The notes beneath the pieces are model-generated. The model made no database searches and was not told the DNA's origin. It was given only the letters and a program-made list of their open reading frames with translations. A program made the position numbers and the translations under genes. This document shows positions 8,445-16,373 of a stretch of DNA of 64,000 nucleotides, piece by piece (position 1 is the first letter of the stretch; each line of letters begins with the position of its first letter). Source of the DNA: Patescibacteria group bacterium (GTDB lineage: Bacteria > Patescibacteriota > Microgenomatia > 0-14-0-10-38-17); contig JBMNNJ010000001.1 in the NCBI GenBank assembly GCA_050953885.1, positions 74,132-138,131 of the forward strand, given 5' to 3'.

Positions 8445-11174
8445 ATGCTTTCATTTCTTAAAAATATTTTTGATGATCAGGGGAGGGAAATTAAGCGCCT
8501 TTCCAAACTGGTAAACGAAGCTAATTCTTGGGAGGCAAAAATCGGGAAATTAAGCGACCAAGAATTAGCCTTAAAAACGAAGGAGTTTAAAAAAAGATTA
8601 GCAAAGGAAACTCTGGGTTCTTTTTTACCCGAAGCTTTTGCGGTGGTGCGGGAGGCCTCGCGGCGGACCATTGGCTTGCGTCATTTTGATGTTCAACTTA
8701 TTGCTGCTGCCGCTCTTTTTGAAGGAAAAATTGCCGAGCAAAAAACCGGCGAGGGGAAAACCTTATCGGCGACGCCGGCGCTTTATCTGCGGGCGCTTGA
8801 AGGAAGAGGAGCACATTTGGTAACGGTTAACGATTACCTGGCGCGCCGTGATGCCGGTTGGATGGGGCCGATTTTCCACTTTTTGGGGCTTTCGGTGGGC
8901 TGTTTGGTTCACGATCAGGCTTTCTTGTTCGACCCGCAATTTTATCAGGAAGCCGACGATGAGCGTTTGGCGCATTTGCGACCGGTGTCAAGAAAAGAGG
9001 CTTATCGGGCGGATATTACTTATGGCACTAATAATGAATTTGGTTTTGACTATCTTCGCGATAATTTAGTTTTCAATTTGTCCGATAAGGTCCAGCGGGG
9101 CCATTATTTTGCCGTGGTGGACGAAGTTGATTTCGCCTTAATTGATGAGGCCAGAACCCCGCTGATTATTTCCTCCCCGGAGCTTGAGGCGACGGATAAA
9201 TATTATCAGTTTGCCCGTTTGGCGCGGGAGCTTAACAATGGCGTTGATTATAAAGTTGACGAAGAGGCAAAAAATGTCCTTTTAACCGACCATGGTATTT
9301 CCAAGGTGGAAAAGCGTTTGGGGGTGGAAAATCTTTACGAAAAGGATTTTGAAAGCATCCATCATTTGGAAAACGCTTTAAAAGCCAAAGAGCTTTTTCG
9401 CCTTAACCGTGATTATGTGATTAAGGACGGTGAAGTGGTGATTGTCGATGAATTTACCGGCCGCTTAATGTTTGGGCGGCGTTGGTCGGCGGGGCTGCAT
9501 CAAGCGGTCGAGGCAAAGGAAGGGGTAAAAATTCAACAGGAATCAAAAACTTTAGCCACCATTTCTTTCCAAAACTATTTTCGTCTTTACGAGGTTTTGT
9601 CGGGGATGACAGGAACGGCTTATACCTCGCGGGAGGAATTTAAGAAAATTTACGGGCTGCAAACTTTGGTAATTCCTACTTATAAGCCGATAAAAAGAGT
9701 TGATCACCCCGACGCGATTTTTAAGACGCAACGGGCAAAATATACGGCGGTGGCTAATAAGGTGGAAGAACTTTATAAGAAAGGTCAGCCGGTTTTAGTG
9801 GGCACCACCTCGATTGAAAAAAACGAAATTGTTTCCAAGCTTTTGGATCATAAAAGGATTCCTCATCAGGTTTTAAACGCTAAAAACCATGAAAAGGAAG
9901 CGGCGGTAATTGCCCAAGCGGGGAGAAAGGGGGCGGTAACCGTGGCCACCAACATGGCCGGGCGAGGAGTGGATATTGTTTTGGGAGGAGAGCCGCCAAA
10001 GGAAATTCGAAATTCGAAATTAGAAATTAAAAATGGTAGGAAAGAAAAAGAAGAATGGCAGAAGGAGCATGATGAGGTGGTCGGTTTGGGGGGGTTGTTT
10101 GTTTTGGGAACGGAGCGGCATGAGGCAAGAAGGATTGATAACCAACTGCGCGGCCGCTCCGGCCGCTTGGGCGATCCCGGTTCTTCCCAGTTTTTTATTG
10201 CCTTAGACGATGATATGATGCGTGTCTTTGGGGGAGAGCAAATCGCCTCTCTTATGACTCGCTTTAATTTTCCCGATGAGGTGCCGATTGAGAATAGTTT
10301 AATCAGCCGTTCTTTGGACCAAATTCAGGCGAAGGTGGAAAATTTGAATTTTGATGCTCGGCGTTATTTGGTGGAATATGATGACGTGATTAACAAACAG
10401 CGGGAAATTATTTATAAAATTAGGGATAAAGTTTTGCTTTGGGAAGAAGAAAAGAATTTTGCCGCTTTCAAGAAAACATTTTTGGGAAGGATTAATCAAG
10501 AGCTTGAAAGTTCAGTTGAACGCCATACTGAGTATGTCGAAAGCGAAATCGGGAAAATTGACGATGATGCTTTATTGAATGAAGTTTTAGAAATTATTCC
10601 TCTTCAGAATAAGGAAAGCCTAAAAAAAGAAATTTATGGCCGGCAGGGGGAGGCGGTTAAGAAAGCTCTTAAGGATTTAGCCAAAAATTCCTGGCAGACG
10701 CTTGAGGAGAAAATAGGTAGGGATAATCTTTTAACCTTAGGGAAATGGGTTTATCTTTCCACCCTTGACCGTTTTTGGACTCAACATCTTGACAATATGG
10801 AGGCCTTAAGAGAAGGAATTTCCCTGCGGGCTTATGGTCAGGAAAATCCGCTGACGGCTTATAAAAAAGAAGCCTTTGAGGCTTTTGATAAATTAATGGG
10901 AGAAATTGATTATCAGGTGAGCCGGCGGATTTTACGCCTTGAGGTAAAAGAACCGGCTTTTGTTTCTCCTTTTTCGGGTTTAATTACCAACGCCGATCGC
11001 GCGGACGGGATGGGTTTAACGGCAAATTTTAACAAGCCATTGTCAAGCGCTTCTCAACCGTCGCCATCACATGCCAAAGCGCCGGGGCGTAACGATCCCT
11101 GCCCATGCGGAGCGAAGAAAGCTGACGGTACCCCTAAAAAATATAAACATTGTTGTTACCCTAAATATGGATAG
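8445..11174 (+). CDS. secA: preprotein translocase ATPase SecA
   Basis: 909 aa with DEAD-like motor motifs and the C-terminal zinc-finger tail CPCGAKK...KKYKHCCYPKYG. Confidence 0.97.
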   Translation: MLSFLKNIFDDQGREIKRLSKLVNEANSWEAKIGKLSDQELALKTKEFKKRLAKETLGSFLPEAFAVVREASRRTIGLRHFDVQLIAAAALFEGKIAEQKTGEGKTLSATPALYLRALEGRGAHLVTVNDYLARRDAGWMGPIFHFLGLSVGCLVHDQAFLFDPQFYQEADDERLAHLRPVSRKEAYRADITYGTNNEFGFDYLRDNLVFNLSDKVQRGHYFAVVDEVDFALIDEARTPLIISSPELEATDKYYQFARLARELNNGVDYKVDEEAKNVLLTDHGISKVEKRLGVENLYEKDFESIHHLENALKAKELFRLNRDYVIKDGEVVIVDEFTGRLMFGRRWSAGLHQAVEAKEGVKIQQESKTLATISFQNYFRLYEVLSGMTGTAYTSREEFKKIYGLQTLVIPTYKPIKRVDHPDAIFKTQRAKYTAVANKVEELYKKGQPVLVGTTSIEKNEIVSKLLDHKRIPHQVLNAKNHEKEAAVIAQAGRKGAVTVATNMAGRGVDIVLGGEPPKEIRNSKLEIKNGRKEKEEWQKEHDEVVGLGGLFVLGTERHEARRIDNQLRGRSGRLGDPGSSQFFIALDDDMMRVFGGEQIASLMTRFNFPDEVPIENSLISRSLDQIQAKVENLNFDARRYLVEYDDVINKQREIIYKIRDKVLLWEEEKNFAAFKKTFLGRINQELESSVERHTEYVESEIGKIDDDALLNEVLEIIPLQNKESLKKEIYGRQGEAVKKALKDLAKNSWQTLEEKIGRDNLLTLGKWVYLSTLDRFWTQHLDNMEALREGISLRAYGQENPLTAYKKEAFEAFDKLMGEIDYQVSRRILRLEVKEPAFVSPFSGLITNADRADGMGLTANFNKPLSSASQPSPSHAKAPGRNDPCPCGAKKADGTPKKYKHCCYPKYG

Positions 11175-11254
11175 ATTAAGTTAAAAAAATAGCGAAGTCC
11201 CCCAAGGTTCGCTCTTTGAGCCGTGTATGAATAATACCTAAAGGCGAAAAGTAA

Positions 11255-11314
11255 GAACCGGGGGACGGGAGCGGAAAAAAATACAAGAAGTGCTGTTATC
11301 CGAAGTACGGGTAA
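11255..11314 (+). pseudogene. relic second copy of the SecA C-terminal zinc-finger tail (EPGDGSGKKYKKCCYPKYG-stop), different frame, no start codon
   Basis: Translation of 11255-11314 gives the SecA tail motif with synonymous changes relative to the real tail. Confidence 0.6.
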
Positions 11315-11456
11315 AAAAAATTCAAAATTTAAAATTCAAAAGTTAAAATTACAACTCAAAATTAAAAAGTTTTTAGCGCGCACTGAAGTGCGCTACTACA
11401 AAAAATGGAATAGCGGACTTTAGTCCGCGCCGGTAATTTAACAATTTAAAAAATTC

Positions 11457-12470
11457 ATGACCAAAGAAGAATTATCAAGCCGTTTAAGAACTTTGGAAGA
11501 AAAGCTTAATCTTGAGGTGAAGAAAAAACGCCTTGAGGAGCTTAAGAAAGAAAGTGAGAATCCGGCTCTTTGGCAAGACCACCAGCGAGCAGCCCAGATA
11601 ATGAAGGAGCTGGCAGATTTGCAAAAAGAGATGGAAACCATGGAAATGGCGGCTCTTTTTCTTGAAGAAGGAGAACTGGCGGAAGCCGAAAAATTGCTCT
11701 CGCAAGCGGAAAAAGAACTTTACTTTTCCGGCCCTTATGATCGGGGTGGAGCGATGGTGACTATTCAAGCCGGTCAGGGGGGAACAGAGGCGATGGATTG
11801 GGCGGGGATGTTAACACGAATGTACCAGCGGTTTTTTGAAAAAAAAGGCTGGCATTATGAAATTTTAGATCGTTCTTCGGGGGAGGAGGCGGGAATTAAG
11901 AGCGTCACCATGAGGGTGGAGGGGAAAAATGTTTACGGCATGCTAAAACATGAACAGGGAGCCCATCGTTTGGTGCGCCAATCGCCTTTTAATGCTGATA
12001 AACTGCGCCAAACTTCTTTTGCGCGGGTGGAAGTTTTTCCCCTTCTTCCCAAAGAGGATTTTGAAATTAATGAAGATGAAATTGAGTTTGAGGCTTTTCG
12101 GGCCGGTGGCCATGGCGGCCAAAACGTTAACAAAGTGGCCACGGCGGTGCGTTTACGCCATAAACCGACGGGCATCGTCGTTTCCTGCCAATCACAGCGT
12201 TATCAGCCCCAAAATCGGGAATTGGCAATGGATATGTTGCGGCAAAAGCTTTGGGCGCTTAAGGAGGAAGAGCGGGAGAAAAAAGAAGCCCAAATTCGCG
12301 GCGAATATCATGCTCCCAGCTGGGGCCAGCAAATTCGGTCTTATGTTTTGCACCCTTATAAAATGATTAAAGATTTGCGCACCGGTTATCAAACAAGCAA
12401 TGTGGAAGCAGTTTTAGATGGTGATTTAGACGGATTTATTGAGGAAGAAATTAAAATCTTGGCAAGATAA
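11457..12470 (+). CDS. prfB: peptide chain release factor 2 (SPF and GGQ motifs); single contiguous ORF with no programmed frameshift
   Basis: SPF tripeptide motif, GGQ motif, 337 aa. Confidence 0.93.
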   Translation: MTKEELSSRLRTLEEKLNLEVKKKRLEELKKESENPALWQDHQRAAQIMKELADLQKEMETMEMAALFLEEGELAEAEKLLSQAEKELYFSGPYDRGGAMVTIQAGQGGTEAMDWAGMLTRMYQRFFEKKGWHYEILDRSSGEEAGIKSVTMRVEGKNVYGMLKHEQGAHRLVRQSPFNADKLRQTSFARVEVFPLLPKEDFEINEDEIEFEAFRAGGHGGQNVNKVATAVRLRHKPTGIVVSCQSQRYQPQNRELAMDMLRQKLWALKEEEREKKEAQIRGEYHAPSWGQQIRSYVLHPYKMIKDLRTGYQTSNVEAVLDGDLDGFIEEEIKILAR

Positions 12471-12507
12471 AAAAATTGTGTTATAGTGGTTTAAGTTATT
12501 AAAAAGT

Positions 12508-13005
12508 ATGGCAGAAGAAGAAACCTATCTTATCAGCGACTTGGAGGAAAGTCAGGTAACGCCGGAAGAAGAAGGAAAAGAAGAAAACTTTTTTTCTTCT
12601 CCCAAGGGGAAAATTATCACCGCCACCGTGGCGGTGGTGGCAATTATTTTGGGCGTTTTTAGCGGGAAACTTTTAGCCAAACCCGGCGAGCAGGAGGCAA
12701 AAACGGCTAGTGCCGGCGTGGCGGAAGGAGAGGAGATTAAGCGGGGAATGGAATTTGGTCTTCTCGACGCCGAGGAAACTTTTAAGGATAACGCGATTGG
12801 GGTTTTGAAAGAAGGAGGGATTGACGGTGAGGGGACTCATCATTTGGAGCGAGAAGGCGGGCCGTCGCAGAATGTTTACCTCACTTCCTCTGCCGTGGAT
12901 TTAAGCCAATTAATAGGTCGCAAGGTTCAGGTTTGGGGGGAAACTTTTGCTACCCAAAAAGCGGGCTGGTTTATGGATGTGGTGAAGGTGAAAGTTTTAG
13001 AATAA
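12508..13005 (+). CDS. hypothetical single-pass membrane protein (165 aa) immediately upstream of ftsE
   Basis: One TM helix (ITATVAVVAIILGVF) and a small C-terminal domain. Confidence 0.4.
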   Translation: MAEEETYLISDLEESQVTPEEEGKEENFFSSPKGKIITATVAVVAIILGVFSGKLLAKPGEQEAKTASAGVAEGEEIKRGMEFGLLDAEETFKDNAIGVLKEGGIDGEGTHHLEREGGPSQNVYLTSSAVDLSQLIGRKVQVWGETFATQKAGWFMDVVKVKVLE

Positions 13006-13018
13006 AAGAGGCTTTCTT

Positions 13019-13753
13019 ATGATGACAACTGCCGAGGAAAACGAAACCGTTGAGAACGAAAAAAAAGCGGTAGTGAGATTAGAGAAGGTAGGAAAAAAAT
13101 TTGGGCCGCTAACAATTTTTGAGGAAATTAGTTTTTCTCTTTTTCCGGGCGAATTTGCCTTTTTGGTGGGGCCTTCAGGTTCAGGCAAAACCACCCTGCT
13201 TCGTTTAATTTACCGCGAACTTTTGCCAACAACGGGGGAAATTTTTTTAGACGAGGAGGAAATTTCGGCAAAAATTTCGGGGCGAAAACTTTGCGAGGTG
13301 AGGAAAAAAATTGGCCGAGTTTTTCAGGATTTAAAAATTATTCAAGACCGGACGGCTTGGGAAAACTTAATGCTGGCTTTTCAGATTTTAGGGAAGAACG
13401 ATAAGGAGGCAAAGAGCCAGATGGAGGAAATTTTTTCTCTTGTTGGTCTTGAAGAAAGAATGAATCTTTTCCCCAGCCAACTATCAGAGGGGGAAAAACA
13501 GCGATTGGGAATTGCCCGGGCGCTGGTGGGTGAGCCGGAAATTCTTTTAATTGATGAACCGACCAGTAATTTGGACCCGGCCAACACTTGGCAGATTATG
13601 AAGCTTTTGGACGAGATTAACAAGAAAGGGATTGCCGTTTTTTTGGCCACCCACGACGAGGATTTAGTAGATTCTTTGCAAAAAAGAGTGATCGAGATTG
13701 GTCAGGGAAAGTTGTTGCGAGATGAGAAAAAAGGAGGTTATTCAGCAAAATGA
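13019..13753 (+). CDS. ftsE: cell-division ABC ATPase FtsE
   Basis: Walker A GPSGSGKTT, ABC signature LSEGEKQR, Walker B ILLIDEP; followed by ftsX. Confidence 0.85.
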   Translation: MMTTAEENETVENEKKAVVRLEKVGKKFGPLTIFEEISFSLFPGEFAFLVGPSGSGKTTLLRLIYRELLPTTGEIFLDEEEISAKISGRKLCEVRKKIGRVFQDLKIIQDRTAWENLMLAFQILGKNDKEAKSQMEEIFSLVGLEERMNLFPSQLSEGEKQRLGIARALVGEPEILLIDEPTSNLDPANTWQIMKLLDEINKKGIAVFLATHDEDLVDSLQKRVIEIGQGKLLRDEKKGGYSAK

Positions 13754-14637
13754 ATAGTTTAAAAACGGCCTTAAGCCATATTCGCCGTTCCCCCTACCAA
13801 ACGGTTTTAATTATTTTGGTTTTGTTTTTTTCCTTTTTCCTTTTAACTTCTTTTGCGATTTTAGCCTTTGCTTCGCAAAAAGTGTTGACTTTTTTTGAAG
13901 CCAAGCCGCAGGCGATTGCTTATTTAAAAGACGAAGCCACCCCTGAGCAGGTGCAGGCGGTGGTTGATAAGCTTAAAGCCACCGGCAAGGTTAAGGAAAT
14001 AAAATATGTTTCCAAAGAAGAGGCTTTAAGAATTTATCAGGAGGCCAACAAGGATAATCCCCTGCTTTTGGAAATGGTAACCGCCGATATTCTGCCGGCA
14101 AGTTTGGAAATTTCCGCAAGTAATATTTCCTATCTTGAGGAATTGGCTTCTATTTTGGAAAAGGAAGACATTGTTTCCGTTTCCGAAAGCGGGAAAAAAG
14201 AGATTGACTTTGCCAAGGATATTGCCACTTCACTGCGGCAATGGACGCAAACAATTAGAAGGGTGGGAATAGGTTTGGGCGCTTTTTTATTAGCCGAGTG
14301 CTTTTTGCTTATTTTAGTGATTACCTCGATGAAAATTGCCCTGCGGCGCGAAGAAGTGGAAATTGTGCGTCTTTTAGGAGGTTCTTCCTGGTTTGCCCGC
14401 CTGCCTTTCTTATTTGAGGGGGCGATTTATGGATTTTTAGGTTCGCTTTTGGGGGCGGGGGCGACTTATTTGCTTTTAAGCCAAGGCGGGAAAATGGCGG
14501 AACAATTTTTAGGGAATATTGGCATTTTCCCCCTGCCTTTCTCTTTTTTGATCGCTCTTTTTGGAGGAACGGTTGTTTTTGCCTCGTTTCTTTGCGCTTT
14601 AGCCAGCTTCACGGCAACAAGACGGTATTTAAAATAA
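13750..14637 (+). CDS. ftsX: cell-division permease-like protein FtsX
   Basis: 4-TM topology with a periplasmic loop, overlapping the ftsE stop. Confidence 0.85.
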   Translation: MNSLKTALSHIRRSPYQTVLIILVLFFSFFLLTSFAILAFASQKVLTFFEAKPQAIAYLKDEATPEQVQAVVDKLKATGKVKEIKYVSKEEALRIYQEANKDNPLLLEMVTADILPASLEISASNISYLEELASILEKEDIVSVSESGKKEIDFAKDIATSLRQWTQTIRRVGIGLGAFLLAECFLLILVITSMKIALRREEVEIVRLLGGSSWFARLPFLFEGAIYGFLGSLLGAGATYLLLSQGGKMAEQFLGNIGIFPLPFSFLIALFGGTVVFASFLCALASFTATRRYLK

Positions 14638-14770
14638 ACTTCGCCGGCGTTTCTTCAGCAAGGAGTATTTTTTGCAAAAGAAGGCGGGATTATGGCATAA
14701 TGATAAAGAAAGTTAAACTCGTAATGCGTAACAGGTAATGCGTAATGTGTAAATGCAAAGCGCAAAGAGT

Positions 14771-14843
14771 GTAGGGGCGCATCACGATGCGCCCGCATCT
14801 TGACACAAATTATCTAACGGGCGATTCGTGAATCGCCCCTACA
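14771..14843. repeat. structured element bounded by GTAGGGGCG/CGCCCCTAC inverted repeats, with two inner hairpins (ggcgcatc-ac-gatgcgcc and gggcgattc-gt-gaatcgccc)
   Basis: Larger copy at 21367-21483 and a minimal copy near 25270. Confidence 0.7.
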
Positions 14844-14877
14844 AAGCCAATAATATTCTTTGATATTTTAAAAAAAT

Positions 14878-16056
14878 ATGGGAAAAAGAAAAAAGCTGTT
14901 TTGGTTTATTTTTGCTATTTTTGTCGGCTTTATTTTTTATTCCGGCTCAACGGTTTTGGCCGATGAGGTGAGCGATAAGTTTAACGATCTGCAAAACCAA
15001 ATCAGCGAGCTGGAGAAAAAGCTTGAGGAAACGCGGGGGCAAAAGCAAACTCTTTCTTCGCAAATTGCCTACATGAATCAGCAGATTCAAATTGCCCAGT
15101 TAAAAATTAACCAAACTCAAGCCCAAATAAGCGCCCTCGAAGAAGAAATTAATGATCTTTCCTTAAAAATTGATCGCCTTGATGTTTCTTTGGACAAACT
15201 TTCTCAATTGCTTTTGCGCCGGGTGGTGGAAACCTATAAAAAAGGCCAGCTTGAGCCCGCCTTGCTTCTTTTTGCCACCGAAGATATGAGCCAATTTTTA
15301 ACCAATTATCGTTATCTTCAGGAGGCGCAAAAGCATGACAAAGCCTTAATTTTGGCGGTGCAAGCGGCAAGGGATAATTTTGACGCCCAAAAAAGCCTTA
15401 AAGAAGAAAAACAGGCGGAGTTGGAAAAATTAAGGGTCCAGCTTCAACAGCAAAATAATGCCTTGGCACAGCAAAGAGCGGACAAAGAACGTCTTTTGGC
15501 GGTTACGAAAAGTAATGAAGCTTTGTATCAGCAAATGCTGGCCAATGCCTTGGCAGAGCTTCAGGCAATTCAGGCAATTGTGGCCGGCAGAGGGGAAGAA
15601 AAAGAAGTAGGCCAAGTTAAAGAAGGGGAAAAAATTGCCACTGTTATTCAAGGTAAATCCGCCTGTTCAACAGGAACACATTTACATTTCGAAGTGAGAG
15701 AGGGAAGCGCCCTGAAAAATCCCTTTACTTATCTTTCTTCAACTTCGCTAATTAATGATTCTGGTGGAGATGAATATTTTTTTGGGGGGAGTTGGTCTTG
15801 GCCATTAGTGGGGACAATAAGGCTAACACAGGGCTTTGGCAATACCTGGTGGGTGCGTTCCGGCGGGGCTAATTATCCTTCTCATACGGGAATTGATATT
15901 GTTTCCGACAATAGCGCGGTTTCGGCGGTTAAGGAGGGGACTTTATTTAATGGTTCAATTAAATGCGGAGGAGGAAATTTATTTTATGTGCGGGTGGATC
16001 ATGCTGACTCCGGTCTTGACACTTATTATCTTCACGTTAACTACGCCAAACTTTAA
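14878..16056 (+). CDS. EnvC-like coiled-coil protein with an M23/LytM peptidase domain whose segments appear circularly permuted
   Basis: Signal/TM, long coiled coil, then the STGTHLHFEV (HxH) segment before the HTGIDIV ... GGGN ... YYLHVNY segment; sits directly after ftsEX. Confidence 0.75.
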   Translation: MGKRKKLFWFIFAIFVGFIFYSGSTVLADEVSDKFNDLQNQISELEKKLEETRGQKQTLSSQIAYMNQQIQIAQLKINQTQAQISALEEEINDLSLKIDRLDVSLDKLSQLLLRRVVETYKKGQLEPALLLFATEDMSQFLTNYRYLQEAQKHDKALILAVQAARDNFDAQKSLKEEKQAELEKLRVQLQQQNNALAQQRADKERLLAVTKSNEALYQQMLANALAELQAIQAIVAGRGEEKEVGQVKEGEKIATVIQGKSACSTGTHLHFEVREGSALKNPFTYLSSTSLINDSGGDEYFFGGSWSWPLVGTIRLTQGFGNTWWVRSGGANYPSHTGIDIVSDNSAVSAVKEGTLFNGSIKCGGGNLFYVRVDHADSGLDTYYLHVNYAKL

Positions 16057-16119
16057 AGCCCTATAGCGAAACTTCAGTAAAATAGTGCTGGAGCCTGAAT
16101 TTTAAAATGCTCTAAAGCA

Positions 16120-16190
16120 TTTAATCCCGAGGTTCCTGCCTAATCAACCCCCGGAGTTGATTAGATTTGCAACCTCGGGAGCAATACTTA
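16120..16190. repeat. cccgaggtt ... ctaatcaacccccggagttgattag ... aacctcggg hairpin element
   Basis: Related copies at 25423-25475 and 35800-35920. Confidence 0.65.
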
Positions 16191-16315
16191 ATTTCTAATT
16201 TTCTTTGCTTGCGGCAGGTCGTCTACTGTAGGAGGATTGGCGCGGACTGCCTGCCCGCCCGCTGGCGGAAAGCACGCTATTTCATTTAACATCCAGCCAC
16301 ATTATTGTTTTATCG

Positions 16316-16361
16316 ATTATACTATAGGAACTAAATTACTATATAGTAATTTAGTGAAAAA
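16316..16361. repeat. second copy of the 45-bp element with a perfect 26-bp palindrome actaaattactatatagtaatttagt
   Basis: Matches 6090-6133. Confidence 0.7.
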
Positions 16362-16373
16362 GAGCAGACTATT

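Noticed and set aside
11457-11560. Programmed +1 frameshift site in prfB
   Set aside because: The reading frame is continuous from the ATG at 11457 through the region homologous to the E. coli shift site. There is no in-frame UGA.
11950-12366. 138-aa alternative-frame ORF inside prfB and 174-aa antisense ORF inside 18923-20416
   Set aside because: They overlap confidently called genes and show no domain signatures.
16200-16300. GC-rich stretch gcggcaggtcgtctactgtaggaggattggcgcggactgcctgcccgcccgctggcgg considered as SRP RNA, RNase P or tmRNA
   Set aside because: None of the conserved boxes of those RNAs are present. It may be another repeat or ncRNA, but I cannot support a specific call.
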